A stretch of DNA of 64,000 bases. Origin: Armatimonadota bacterium. Lineage in GTDB: Bacteria; Armatimonadota; SYMT01. The first letter of the stretch is position 1. Each line of letters opens with the position of its first letter. A model generated the notes under the pieces. It searched no databases and was not told the origin of the DNA. It saw only the letters and a program-made list of their open reading frames with translations. The stretch lies in assembly GCA_041690135.1 (NCBI GenBank), contig JAWLHY010000015.1, forward strand, positions 96,001 through 160,000, read 5' to 3'. Both the position numbers and the translations under genes were made by a program. Of the stretch, positions 29,445 through 39,523 are shown in pieces.

Positions 29445-29467
29445 AACTATTCAACTCCAAACGGTCG

Positions 29468-29582
29468 GGTGTTCGGGCATTCAGGTGTTCAGGCCACCCC
29501 TCGGGTGGTAAACATTCAGGCAGACTGCCAACTGCCTTCCGCCTTCTGCCTTCCGCCTTCTGCCTTCTGCCTTCTGCCTTCT
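29468..29582. repeat. Short tandem repeats (octamer cattcagg/tgttcagg; heptamer gccttct)
   Basis: gccttccgccttctgccttccgccttctgccttctgccttctgccttct seen directly. Confidence 0.85.
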
Positions 29583-29586
29583 GGCC

Positions 29587-30801
29587 TCAGAGGGCTGCCT
29601 CGATGGCCCTTTCGAGGATTGCCAGACCTTCGTCCGCCTGCTCTCGCGTGAGGATGACGGGCGGCAGGATCCGCAGGGTGGTGTCGCCCACGCCGTGGAT
29701 CACCAGACCTGCTTCCAGCGCGTTCTCCAGGGCGGCTTTGCCCTGCGCGCCTTCGAACTCTATCGCGAGCATGAGCCCCAAGCCACGCACGTCCTGGATG
29801 ACCGGCCACCGGCTCTTCCATTCCCGGAACCGCCCGAGAAGATACTCTCCTTGTTCCGCGGCGTTCCGGACACAGTCACCCGCTTCCAGGGCCTCGATGC
29901 CCGCCGCGGCGGCTGCCGTGGCGAGAGGATTACCGCCGAACGTGGAGCCGTGGTCTCCGGGCACCAGCGCGCAGCGCTCCGGCTTCGCCAGGCACGCCCC
30001 GATTGCCAGGCCCGCCCCCAACGCCTTCGCCAGGGTCACCACATCAGGATCGACCCCATAGTGCTCGTAACACCAGAACCGCCCCGTCCGCCCGAAGCCG
30101 GTCTGCACCTCGTCGATCATGAAGAGCACGTCTCGCTCCCGGCAAATCCGCTCCAGGCCCTGCATGAACTCCGCCCCGGCGGGATAGGTCCCGCTCTCAC
30201 CCTGCACCGGCTCGACAAAGACGGCGCAGGTCTGCGGACCCACGGCCGCCGAGACCGCGTCCAGGTCCTGCCACGGCACATGCCGGAAGCCCGGCACGAT
30301 CGGCTCGAAGCCCCGGTGGAACTTCGTCTGCCCCGTGGCGGAAAGCGCGCCATAGGTACGACCGTGGAACGAGCCCTGGAACGTCACCACCTCGTAGCAG
30401 TCGTCGCCCCGCCGCTGGTGGCCCCATTTCCGCGCCAGCTTGATCGCCGTCTCACTCGTTTCAGCGCCGGAGTTGCAGAAGAATGCTTTCCGGCCGCCGG
30501 TCCGCTCGCATAGCAACTTGCCCAGCCCTGCCGCCCAGGGATGGTGGAAGTCGTTCGAGACGTATGTAAGGGTCTCCAACTGCTGCTTCAGCGCCGCCGT
30601 CACGTGCGGGTGGCAGTGACCCAGCGCATTCCCCGCGCGACCGCCGGAAACCCAGTCGAGGTAGCGCTTTCCGGCGCTGTCCCACATGTAAGCGCCTTCG
30701 CCGCGCACGAACACGATGGGGATGCGACCGTACGTGGTCTGGACGTACTGCTGGTACTCCTGCAAGACCTGGTCTTTCGACCACTCGGCTGGGTTGCTCA
30801 T
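29587..30801 (-). CDS. argD: Acetylornithine aminotransferase
   Basis: FCNSGAE, SFHGRT, EPVQGE, DEVQTGFGRTG, TLAKALG, HGSTFGGNP; first gene of arg operon. Confidence 0.93.
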   Translation of the reverse strand: MSNPAEWSKDQVLQEYQQYVQTTYGRIPIVFVRGEGAYMWDSAGKRYLDWVSGGRAGNALGHCHPHVTAALKQQLETLTYVSNDFHHPWAAGLGKLLCERTGGRKAFFCNSGAETSETAIKLARKWGHQRRGDDCYEVVTFQGSFHGRTYGALSATGQTKFHRGFEPIVPGFRHVPWQDLDAVSAAVGPQTCAVFVEPVQGESGTYPAGAEFMQGLERICRERDVLFMIDEVQTGFGRTGRFWCYEHYGVDPDVVTLAKALGAGLAIGACLAKPERCALVPGDHGSTFGGNPLATAAAAAGIEALEAGDCVRNAAEQGEYLLGRFREWKSRWPVIQDVRGLGLMLAIEFEGAQGKAALENALEAGLVIHGVGDTTLRILPPVILTREQADEGLAILERAIEAAL

Positions 30802-31068
30802 TGGGCCCTCCTCCTCGAGAAAGACAAACAAAAAGAGACGGAGCGAATGCCCCGTCTCTCTTGGAAAACAGTGAACCTGAAGTCAAGCGTCAGGATCGTT
30901 GCCGTGGGACAGGCGCGCCAATAGGATTCCGCCCACGACGGCGACGTTCCTTGTGCCCGCTCTCGATCTGTCCGAAACTGGTATTCACGGCAGGGAAAGT
31001 GTAGCCCGCCCAGGAGGCGTTCGTCAACTTCCCCGACATAGTGCGTGTTGCGAATTGCGTAAGGGCCC

Positions 31069-31094
31069 CTCCTACTCCTACTCCTACTCCTACT
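31069..31094. repeat. Hexamer tandem repeat (ctccta)
   Basis: ctcctactcctactcctactcctact. Confidence 0.8.
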
Positions 31095-31163
31095 GTTCCC
31101 CGCCTCTCCCTCCGTCTGCCAGCACTTCCAATTGCAACGCTCGTGCTGCTACACTGAATCACC

Positions 31164-31802
31164 ATGCCCCTGGATTCCACGCTCAAGAATCGCCTCCCAC
31201 TGCTGGGCGGGGCGGTAGCCCTCACGTTAATCGGCTCCGGAACCGCTCTCACGTGGCGGACCCTCAACGCCGACCCGGGCGTGGTGGTCCGCGTCGCCAC
31301 CGATCCGGAGGTCGCCGCATCGCCCCAGGGAAAGGCGGCCCCGCCCATTGAGGGCTTCCGCCAGGGGAAGAAGCGACCGTCAGCCTTTGGCCTGCCGGAC
31401 TACGCCCGCGGGTTCGATTACCATTCCCTGGAAGCGGGGACGAACGGCAACCTGGCTGGGTCCAGCGCCTTCCTGGTAACCCAGGGGAACGCGGCCGAAG
31501 TGGCCGACTACTACCTTCTGGAACTGGGACGGAAAGGATGGGAGCTGGTGTGGCAGAAGGACACTTCCGCTCACCCCGGCAACGATCCGGCCCGGAAGCC
31601 ACTCACGGGCACCCGCATCCGGTGGATCGACACGCGGTACGAACGCCAGGTCACGCTGCTCGCACTGGATGACCCCTCCGAAAAGCATTCGGTGCAGGCG
31701 GTTTTGAGCTGGGTCCGGCTCCCACGAGCCACGGGTACACCGCGCTCGGACAGCGGCAGGAGCGAGTCGCCCGTAGCTAACGCAGCTCGGGCGGCGCGGT
31801 AA
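31164..31802 (+). CDS. Hypothetical membrane-anchored protein
   Basis: N-terminal TM; EVADYY...L.RKGW pattern. Confidence 0.7.
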   Translation: MPLDSTLKNRLPLLGGAVALTLIGSGTALTWRTLNADPGVVVRVATDPEVAASPQGKAAPPIEGFRQGKKRPSAFGLPDYARGFDYHSLEAGTNGNLAGSSAFLVTQGNAAEVADYYLLELGRKGWELVWQKDTSAHPGNDPARKPLTGTRIRWIDTRYERQVTLLALDDPSEKHSVQAVLSWVRLPRATGTPRSDSGRSESPVANAARAAR

Positions 31803-31944
31803 ATTGCATCCGGTTCCGGCTCCAAACACAAACCGTCCAGCCGGAGAGACGGAAAGCCCCCCGAAGTCGTCGCGCCGCACTGGCAGCCCCGGGCGAAGCG
31901 GGGTAATGGTTGCGTGAACCCGCGGGCGAGGAGTATAATCGAGA

Positions 31945-32036
31945 CAGGTAGGCCGGGCTTTCCCCCAGAAGAAGGCGCGGCCTTTCGTTGTTCCGGGCGG
32001 ACGCAAAAACGACCGCTCCGGGGAGCGGTCGTTTTC
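31945..32036 (+). ncRNA. Candidate small RNA
   Basis: TTGCGT-18-TATAAT at 31910-31939, hairpin with C-rich loop, ends in terminator. Confidence 0.35.
32005..32036. terminator. Bidirectional intrinsic terminator (rpmB)
   Basis: aaaaacgaccgctcc-gg-ggagcggtcgtttt. Confidence 0.85.
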
Positions 32037-32092
32037 AATGCGGTACGTGTCCCGCCGGCCTGAAGACCGGCGCCGGGAGAGAGGTCCGCGGG

Positions 32093-32305
32093 TTAGACCC
32101 GGGCAACCTTCCCAGCTTTAAGACACTTGGTACAAACGCGCACCCGCTTCGGCTGATCGTTGACCATGATGCGGGCGCTCTGCAGGTTCGGAAGCCAACG
32201 ACGCTTGGTCCGCGGCGCGCGGAGCGCCCAGGAACCGGAATGCACGTGGCGAATGTTCTGACCGTACTGCGGACCCTTGCCGCAGAGAGCACACTGAAGA
32301 GCCAT
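32093..32305 (-). CDS. rpmB: 50S ribosomal protein L28
   Basis: CALCGKGP, RTKRRWLPNLQ, VCTKCLK; GGAGG SD. Confidence 0.95.
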   Translation of the reverse strand: MALQCALCGKGPQYGQNIRHVHSGSWALRAPRTKRRWLPNLQSARIMVNDQPKRVRVCTKCLKAGKVARV

Positions 32306-32332
32306 CGGAAATACCTCCTCCCTCGACCCCGC

Positions 32333-32361
32333 ATAGTATCACAGCCACCCGTTGATTGCAA
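32333..32361 (-). promoter_or_regulatory. Sigma70 promoter of rpmB
   Basis: TTGCAA-17 bp-TACTAT on minus strand. Confidence 0.7.
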
Positions 32362-32460
32362 CCGGGGCTCCCGTGGAACGGTGAGTAGCCGGAGATCACC
32401 TCCCGGCGGGGTGCCATGGGCGCCGGATGCGGGGCGGACGCAGGACTGAACTAACGAAGT

Positions 32461-33630
32461 ATGCAACCCATTGGCCAACTGGCCGTTCGCGTTAAGGTCG
32501 TCGAACCGGAAGACCGCATCGCCAAAGCCGCGGAGGCGGTCCGAGCCTCGCAAGTCGGAGCGGTGCCCGTCATCGAGGACGGCCGTCTCATTGGCCAGGT
32601 AACCGCGGACCTCCTGGCGGATTTCCTGACAGAGTTGGGGCCCGCCGGGGTGAAGGAACTCCGGATCGCCGATCTGCCGCTGGTCCCCTTGATCGCCCTG
32701 CCCGAGAGCCTGGCTCCCTCGGAAGCGCTCCTGTTCTTTCAGACAAATGACCTGGAGAGCGCGGCGGTGGTGGACAACTCCGCGGGGTTCCTGGGATTGG
32801 TCACCCGCGCGGAACTGGTAAGCGCCGTGTGCGGGGCCGTCCGTCCCCCGGTAATTGGGGGCATGGCCACCCCGTTCGGCGTTTATCTCACGGGCGGGGG
32901 AGTGCGGGGCGGCGTGGGCGACTTCGCCCTGGTGACCACCGGCGTGTACCTCGCCTCTCTGCAGGCGGTGGCGCTGCTGGTGTCGGAGTACCTCTTTGCC
33001 TCGCCCTCCGGCCTGGTCTACCAGATTCCGGCCCTGGCCGAACGGTTGCCGGCAGTCCGCCTGCCGGTCGTCGATCTCTCCCTGATCGTTTTCGCCATCC
33101 TCTTCCGCCTTTCGTGGATCACGGGATACCATGCGGCGGAGCACCAGGTAGTGCATACGATCGAGGCGGGCGACGAGCTTTTGCCGGAGGTGGTACGCCG
33201 CAAGCCGCGCGAACATCCCCGGTGCGGCACGAACCTCGTCGCGGCCGTAATGATCATGACGTTCTTTTGGACCGCGAGCCGCGAGATGCTGTTCTATCCA
33301 TGGCTCGCAACGCCGTTGAGTTGGATCGACGCCCTGAACCCGGTACTGGCAATGTTCGTCACCTTCTTCTACTGGCGACGGTTCGGAGGTTGGATTCAGC
33401 GGAACATCACCACGCGTCCGGCCTCGCCCCGTCAACTCGACAGCGGCATTGCCGCCGGGCGTCAGTTGATGGAGCGGTACCAACTCCGTGCTATCGGGAG
33501 GCGACGCCGGTTCGATCGGATCTGGAATATGGGCCTGCTGCAGGTCCTCGCAGGGTGGTTTCTCGTACTCGGCTTGATCTCGCTGCTCGGGATGGTGCTA
33601 CCGATTCCCGAGAGCTTGAAGCTTCTGTAA
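32461..33630 (+). CDS. CBS-pair plus DUF1385 membrane protein
   Basis: N-terminal CBS pair; IGGMATPFGV, YHAAEHQVVH, HPRCGTN, Q...TTRP. Confidence 0.85.
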   Translation: MQPIGQLAVRVKVVEPEDRIAKAAEAVRASQVGAVPVIEDGRLIGQVTADLLADFLTELGPAGVKELRIADLPLVPLIALPESLAPSEALLFFQTNDLESAAVVDNSAGFLGLVTRAELVSAVCGAVRPPVIGGMATPFGVYLTGGGVRGGVGDFALVTTGVYLASLQAVALLVSEYLFASPSGLVYQIPALAERLPAVRLPVVDLSLIVFAILFRLSWITGYHAAEHQVVHTIEAGDELLPEVVRRKPREHPRCGTNLVAAVMIMTFFWTASREMLFYPWLATPLSWIDALNPVLAMFVTFFYWRRFGGWIQRNITTRPASPRQLDSGIAAGRQLMERYQLRAIGRRRRFDRIWNMGLLQVLAGWFLVLGLISLLGMVLPIPESLKLL

Positions 33631-33652
33631 CAGAATAGTGAAGGCGTAATCG

Positions 33653-35335
33653 ATGGTGGTAAGAGAGCAACTGATGGCGGCCCTGGCGGGCGCGCGGGAT
33701 CGGGTAAGTGCGGACTTGAGACTGGCGCCGGAAGCGCCGGTCGAGGTCCGCTTGAGCGTTCCGCCCGGCGCGGATGCCGCGGACTTCTCCTCCGATCTGG
33801 CCCTGGACCTGGCCCGGATGGCGCGCCAACCCGCCGCGGAAGTGGCGCGCGCCCTGGTGGAGCATCTCGAACCGGTAGCGGAAGGGTTGGAGTGGGTGGA
33901 GCGGCTGGAGATCACTCCCAGTGGGCTGGTCAACTTCCACCTGCGATCGGACTGGGTTCGCGAGGCTATCCGGGAAGCCTGCCGGCAGGGGGTGCGGTAC
34001 GGTCGTTCGGAAGTAGCGCCGGAAGCCCAGGAGGAGCGTATCCAGGTAGAGTTCGTCAGTGCGAATCCCACCGGCCCGCTCACCATCGGCCACGGACGCG
34101 GCGCGGCCCTGGGAGACGCGATCGCCAATCTCCTGGAGTGGACCGGCCGCGGGGTGACTCGCGAGTCGTATGTCAACGATACCGGCAAGCAGATCGAGCG
34201 TTTCGGTCAGGCTCTCGAAGCCGCCTACCGGCGGCGCCTGGGTGGGTCGGCGGCCACCAGTAACGCTGCGGACGATCCGGCCGCGGAATACGCCGCCGAA
34301 ATTGCCGCCCGGATTCAGCCGAAGGCCGAGTCCCGCTGCGCCGGTCTTCCCGCCGAAGAGTGGCCTCGGGTTCTGGCGGAGTTGGGCGCCGAACAAGTGC
34401 TGACCGACCACCGCGCCGTGCTGGAGCGGTTCGGCGTCCGTATAGACGAGTGGCGCTCGGAGGCCGACCTCCTGGCCTCGGGCCGGTTGGAAGAGGCGAT
34501 CCAGACGCTTCGCACCAACGACTGCGTTTACGAAGCCGAAGGTGCGCTGTGGCTACGCGCCACCGCGAAGGGAGATTCGGAAGACCGCCCGCTGATCCGC
34601 AGCAACGGTCAACCGGCCTACCTGGCGGGGGACCTGGCCTACCACCTGGATAAATTCAGCCGGGGCTTCGACCGGGTCATCGATATCTGGGGACCGCATC
34701 ACGCGGAGTATGTCCGGCGTACCCTCGCGGGAGTCCGGGCCTTGGGTTGCAACGCGGACGCGCTGGAGATCGTCGTTTTTCAGCCCGTCTCCGTGAAGAT
34801 CGAAGGGGTAGTGGTCCATTCCGGCGAGGGTGGCGCCCGCGCGGGGAACAACTTACTCCTGGATCAGGTCATAGAGAAGGCAGGCAGGGGCACTCTTCGT
34901 TTCCTCTACCTTTCTCGCCCGGCAAACCAGCCGCTGGAGCTCGACCTGGATGCCCTGGCGGGTACGTCGAACCCGGCTTACCCCGTGCTCTGGGCTTACG
35001 AGGAAGCGGCTGTGTGTGCCGGTTCGGATTCCGTCTCAAGCGCCCAAACGGCCGAAGTGGAACTTGGAGAGTTGTCCGATCCGCGTGAAGAAACCCTGAT
35101 GCGCCGGTTGGCCGATTTTCCCGATCAGGTAGTGTTGGCGGCCCGAGAGCGGGATCCTTCGCGCCTCACCCGTTACGCACTGGAGACCGCGAGAGAGTTT
35201 GAAGCGTTCCGAGCCCTTCTGGCGTCCGGGCCGGAAGCTGGAAGTATCAAACCGGCCCACGCGGCGGTGGCACGCGCCACCCGCGTGGTGCTGGGCAACG
35301 CACTGGCAATCCTGGGCATCGTCGAACAGGAGTAA
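33653..35335 (+). CDS. argS: Arginine--tRNA ligase, divergent
   Basis: VEFVSANPTGPLTIGHGRGAALGD, YVNDTGKQI, DLAYH, DALR-like C-terminal domain; several motifs degenerate. Confidence 0.8.
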   Translation: MVVREQLMAALAGARDRVSADLRLAPEAPVEVRLSVPPGADAADFSSDLALDLARMARQPAAEVARALVEHLEPVAEGLEWVERLEITPSGLVNFHLRSDWVREAIREACRQGVRYGRSEVAPEAQEERIQVEFVSANPTGPLTIGHGRGAALGDAIANLLEWTGRGVTRESYVNDTGKQIERFGQALEAAYRRRLGGSAATSNAADDPAAEYAAEIAARIQPKAESRCAGLPAEEWPRVLAELGAEQVLTDHRAVLERFGVRIDEWRSEADLLASGRLEEAIQTLRTNDCVYEAEGALWLRATAKGDSEDRPLIRSNGQPAYLAGDLAYHLDKFSRGFDRVIDIWGPHHAEYVRRTLAGVRALGCNADALEIVVFQPVSVKIEGVVVHSGEGGARAGNNLLLDQVIEKAGRGTLRFLYLSRPANQPLELDLDALAGTSNPAYPVLWAYEEAAVCAGSDSVSSAQTAEVELGELSDPREETLMRRLADFPDQVVLAARERDPSRLTRYALETAREFEAFRALLASGPEAGSIKPAHAAVARATRVVLGNALAILGIVEQE

Positions 35336-35341
35336 CACCCC

Positions 35342-37963
35342 ATGCAGGTAATCCGCTCGATGGCAGGCTGGAAAGTCCTGCTCGCATACGCCGGCGTGCT
35401 GGCCATGGCTCTTCCCGGCGCTGTGCGCGCAGACAAGGGCATCAACGACGGCGCCTTTCGCGACCACACCGGTAAGGAGCACACCTGGACCCTCGAGCGG
35501 AGCCACGTTCTCACCTGGAATGGTCAGCCCTACACCCCCGCGGGGCTCGTCTTCTATTCCCAGTATCTGAAACAGCCTTCCGCCGCAGCGCTCCAACAGG
35601 ACCAGCAGGAATTGGATCGCCTGAAGGCCGCCGGCGTGCAAGACCTCTGGATCGACCCGCAGCGTGGCCTCCTGGAAAACTCGACGGAACAGGTTCAGGC
35701 CGTGCTCGACTCGGTGGAGAGCCGGGGGTTCCGCTACGGGCTGCGTATCGGCGACCGGTCGCGCGAGCCGTTAATCGGATTCAGCCCAACCCTCGCTCCG
35801 GAGCCGGTGACCCGGGAGGAATTGCGGCCAGGCGGCAGGGTAGTGCGACGCCTGCGACCCGAAGCCGGCCGGCGGGTGATCTACAACCTCGTGGGCACCA
35901 GCGAGGATTTCCGCACCCATAACTGGACACTGGCGACCGGTGAGACGGTAGTCGCCGGCGACGCCGCCCAGATCGAAGTCCAGCTCAAGCCAAAGTCCTC
36001 CTTGCTGGGGAAGGGTCCCGGGTTGCTGCTCACCGTTCCGGAGGTCCAGGTGGAGCCGGAGGAATTGGGTAGTTTCGGCGACCTCTGGGAAGGCATGGAA
36101 GGTTACGCGGGACGGCTGACGCGCCACTTGAAGGCGCTGCGGTTCGGTCCGGGCTTCCGTTTCTTCCTCGACCCCATCGCGGCCGGAGACGGCACTATCG
36201 GGCAGGAAGACGGGATATTCCCCTCGTCCCACGTGTTCCGCACCGGGTTCAAAGAGTATCTCCAGCGCAATGGGGGGGTCAGCACCCTCAACATCCGGTG
36301 GCGCACCACCGACCGCCAGATTCTCACGGTCGAGCACGCCGCTCGCGTCATCCCGATGTGGGCCCGCAACGATCCGCCCGACGGCGACGGCTGGCTGTTC
36401 GATCCGGAAGACAAGGTCGCGTATCGCTGCATCCCCAAGGACAGCCGCATCTGGGACGACCTGGAGAATTTCCGTGCGGAGTGGCTCCGGCGCTGGATGA
36501 ACAACATCTCCAGCTCCATCAAGCAAGACGGGGTCAACGCGCCGGTCCTGTTTTCCTGGGCTTCCTATCACCCCATCTTCAACAACACGCCGGCCCCGTC
36601 CGGGTATGACGGTCTGGGCGCCCAGATCTACGGCGCGCCGGATACGGTGGCCCGCACCGCCGCCGCCTTTGCCCTGGCCCAGGTCGAGGAAGCAGACCGC
36701 AATACCTGGCTCATTGCTACCCGCCTCGCGGGACCGATCGGCGAGAACGGGGAGCCCACTCCACTCCGCACCGCGGAGGACGTTCGCAAGAGTTGGCAGG
36801 CGATCCGCGAGGCGGGCTTCCGCGGTTGCTTCCTCGATCCCCGCCAGCTCCCCGATGCGACCGCGCAACTCAAGGCACTGGCCGCGCAGGTGAGCGCCGA
36901 CCGCACCGCTATGGCCGAGAAAGTGCCGGTGATGTTCTTCCCGATGCCGTTGGCCACTTCCGACCGTCTGGCACGGCTCCAGACCGGCGTGTGGTGGCTG
37001 CCTTCGGGAATGCCGGCCCGCCTCCTGCGTTACGGCGACGGGATCATGGGATACCAGATCGACCGCCCGTTCGGAGAAGAACATGTGGTGAGAAATGCCG
37101 TCGTCATGTGGTCGACCGACGGTAAGCGGGACGCCACCTTCTACTATGACGGCCTCAGCCCGGTGGACGTTTACGACAACACCGGTAAACAGCTCAAGTT
37201 GAAGATGAAGAAGGGACAGCTCAAGCTGGCCCTGAGCGAGGAGCCGATTGTCGCAACCGGCCTGGACCCTATCGCCCTCTTCCCGCTGGAACTGGCCGTC
37301 ACCCACCTCCAGGAGTTCGACGATTTGCTGAGTGCCGCGGAAGCCCAAAAGCTGGACACCAAGTCGATGCGGTTCCTGTTCGAGGAAGCCAAGAAGTCCC
37401 TCGCGCCGAATAGCGCGGGCGCGGTCTACAACTCGATCCTCCCTTACCTCATCTCCCTGCGACAGGCCGTTTCCCCCTTCGTCTGGCTGGAAGGCGAAAA
37501 CACCTCCGGCCATAACATGAACGGCATTGCGTTTCTGGCAGGCAGCAGCAACGGTACGTATCTCAAGCTGGATAAGAAGAAGGCTCCACCTTCCGGCTCC
37601 TATCGAGTCCGGTACGTGTTCGAGATCCGGCGCGACGCCACGTACGAAATCTGGATCGCGGGAAAAGTTCCGGGACGACCGGGGGTTTCTCCGCTGGTAT
37701 GGCAACTGGATGAGGAGCCTGAAGCCCAGGTTACCAGCGCCAGCCCCCACGGCTCGGACTACACCCCCGGCATGGCCTGGTATTCCCTCGGCAAGACAAC
37801 CCTGAAGGTAGGACGGCATACTCTCAGCCTGCGGGTGCCGGAGAGTTCCGCCACCGCCGAAGGGAAATACGCCGGAGGGATCGACGTGATCATGCTGACG
37901 CGCGATGGCTCGAAGCCCAGTGGCATCGACAAGCCGTACGGCAAGCTCCGCGCCTCCAAGTAA
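35342..37963 (+). CDS. Large secreted hypothetical protein (possible GH-like barrel plus C-terminal beta-sandwich)
   Basis: Signal peptide; TLNIRWRT; C-terminal WLEGE...YEIWI...GRHTL...IDVIML. Confidence 0.75.
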   Translation: MQVIRSMAGWKVLLAYAGVLAMALPGAVRADKGINDGAFRDHTGKEHTWTLERSHVLTWNGQPYTPAGLVFYSQYLKQPSAAALQQDQQELDRLKAAGVQDLWIDPQRGLLENSTEQVQAVLDSVESRGFRYGLRIGDRSREPLIGFSPTLAPEPVTREELRPGGRVVRRLRPEAGRRVIYNLVGTSEDFRTHNWTLATGETVVAGDAAQIEVQLKPKSSLLGKGPGLLLTVPEVQVEPEELGSFGDLWEGMEGYAGRLTRHLKALRFGPGFRFFLDPIAAGDGTIGQEDGIFPSSHVFRTGFKEYLQRNGGVSTLNIRWRTTDRQILTVEHAARVIPMWARNDPPDGDGWLFDPEDKVAYRCIPKDSRIWDDLENFRAEWLRRWMNNISSSIKQDGVNAPVLFSWASYHPIFNNTPAPSGYDGLGAQIYGAPDTVARTAAAFALAQVEEADRNTWLIATRLAGPIGENGEPTPLRTAEDVRKSWQAIREAGFRGCFLDPRQLPDATAQLKALAAQVSADRTAMAEKVPVMFFPMPLATSDRLARLQTGVWWLPSGMPARLLRYGDGIMGYQIDRPFGEEHVVRNAVVMWSTDGKRDATFYYDGLSPVDVYDNTGKQLKLKMKKGQLKLALSEEPIVATGLDPIALFPLELAVTHLQEFDDLLSAAEAQKLDTKSMRFLFEEAKKSLAPNSAGAVYNSILPYLISLRQAVSPFVWLEGENTSGHNMNGIAFLAGSSNGTYLKLDKKKAPPSGSYRVRYVFEIRRDATYEIWIAGKVPGRPGVSPLVWQLDEEPEAQVTSASPHGSDYTPGMAWYSLGKTTLKVGRHTLSLRVPESSATAEGKYAGGIDVIMLTRDGSKPSGIDKPYGKLRASK

Positions 37964-37984
37964 CAGAGGCTCAGATCGCCTGCA

Positions 37985-38962
37985 GTGCAACTGCAGGCGG
38001 AAACTTCGCGCGTAAGCCTGCCCGTACGGGTGGTACTGCGCTCCTTACTCGATCCCATGCAGCGACGTCTCTGGCAGCGCGGACCCGACGGCGAGATCAT
38101 CCGCGCTGCGCCCGACGAGATAACTTCCCAGGAGGGTCTCACCCCTGGCGAGTTGGAAAGCGGCGAGCCCGAGCCACAACCCCGACGGCGGGCTCACCTC
38201 GGTCTGGCACTTCGTCTCGGCTTTCGCGACACCTACGACTATCTCGGCGCCGTGCTCGTGATGAGCCTGGCCGCTGCGCTCATTCCCATGGCCGGGATGT
38301 TCGGCGGATATGCAGCCGGCACCGCGCTATCCTCTCCATTTCCCGACCGCCTGAGTGCACTCCTCGCCATTCTCATGGCCCTGCTCGGGGGGGCGGCCGT
38401 GGGCGGACCGGTCGCCGCCGGCCTCTACCGGTTCAGCCGGAACGCTGCGGCGCGTTCCGAACCCGAGGTCTTTGACCTGGGGTGGGGGTTCCGTTCCGCT
38501 CTTGGGCGCAGCGTGGGCCTGGGGCTGATCCAGGCACTGGGCGCCGCGCTCCTGGCGGGCAACGGCTACTTCTACCTGTTCCAGCGGCAAACGGTGTGGG
38601 TGGTGCTCGGCGCCATCTTCGGCTACCTGCTCCTTTTCTGGCTCCTGATGCTGCTCTATCAGTGGCCGCTGTTCATCGAGCAAGATCTGGCGCCGGTGGC
38701 GGCGGTGCGGAAGTCCGCGCTCCTCGTGCTGGACAACTTCGGCTACTCGCTCGGCGTCGGGCTGGTGGCCGCCCTGCTCAGTGTCCTGCTGTGGGCTTTC
38801 CTCGTTCCCGGCGTGCTGCTGTGGGGCGGCGCCATGGCCCTGATCTCCACGCAGGCCACCCGCGAACTCCTGCGCAAGTACGGGGTGCTCGGCCCCGATC
38901 CCACCCTCGACCCCATCGCCGACGAGACCCACGAGTTCGGCGGCCGCGGCTGGCACGAGTAA
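37985..38962 (+). CDS. Membrane protein (DUF624/YesL-like)
   Basis: Multiple TMs; YQWPLFIEQ...AVRKSALLVLDN. Confidence 0.7.
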   Translation: MQLQAETSRVSLPVRVVLRSLLDPMQRRLWQRGPDGEIIRAAPDEITSQEGLTPGELESGEPEPQPRRRAHLGLALRLGFRDTYDYLGAVLVMSLAAALIPMAGMFGGYAAGTALSSPFPDRLSALLAILMALLGGAAVGGPVAAGLYRFSRNAAARSEPEVFDLGWGFRSALGRSVGLGLIQALGAALLAGNGYFYLFQRQTVWVVLGAIFGYLLLFWLLMLLYQWPLFIEQDLAPVAAVRKSALLVLDNFGYSLGVGLVAALLSVLLWAFLVPGVLLWGGAMALISTQATRELLRKYGVLGPDPTLDPIADETHEFGGRGWHE

Positions 38963-39022
38963 CCTTCTGCGCGATTCCTGGGTATCACGCACCGGGAAGG
39001 GCGAAGGAAGAAGGAACACACG

Positions 39023-39523
39023 ATGCTCGCACGTGAACGCGCCGCCGCGCCGGTGCACCCGTGGGTGGGGCTCGCCGGCTTCATCCTGCTGTGCCTGGCG
39101 GCCGGCTGGATCGGGTCAATCTTTACGGGGTCGTCCGTGGACACCTGGTATCAGACCCTCCAAAAGCCGCCCTGGAACCCGCCCGAATGGGTCTTCGGTC
39201 CCGTCTGGACGGTGCTCTATGTGCTGATGGGCATCGCCGCCTGGCTCGTTTGGCGGGAGTACGGTTTCACGGGCGCCCCCGTGGCGATGGGTCTCTTCCT
39301 CACCCAACTCGCGCTCAATATCCTCTGGAGCGGTATCTTCTTCGGCCTGCGCGAACCCGGCTGGGCCGCGGTCGAAATCCTCTTTCTCTGGGCAGCCGTA
39401 CTCGGCACCATGGTGCTGTTCGGCCGCCTCAACCGGGCTGCAGGCTGGCTCTTCGCCCCCTACCTGGCCTGGGTAACCTATGCAACCACGATCAATTTTG
39501 CAGTCTGGTGGTTAAACAAATGA
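39023..39523 (+). CDS. tspO: TspO/MBR tryptophan-rich sensory protein
   Basis: WYQTLQKPPWNPPEWVFGPVWTVLY, LNILWS, PYLAW. Confidence 0.93.
   Translation: MLARERAAAPVHPWVGLAGFILLCLAAGWIGSIFTGSSVDTWYQTLQKPPWNPPEWVFGPVWTVLYVLMGIAAWLVWREYGFTGAPVAMGLFLTQLALNILWSGIFFGLREPGWAAVEILFLWAAVLGTMVLFGRLNRAAGWLFAPYLAWVTYATTINFAVWWLNK

Noticed and set aside
30802-31163. ArgR boxes upstream of argD
   Set aside because: Only weak half-site matches; not supportable.
30899-31351. 150-aa ORF containing SYSYSY
   Set aside because: Produced by the ctccta hexamer tract and overlaps the better-supported gene at 31164.
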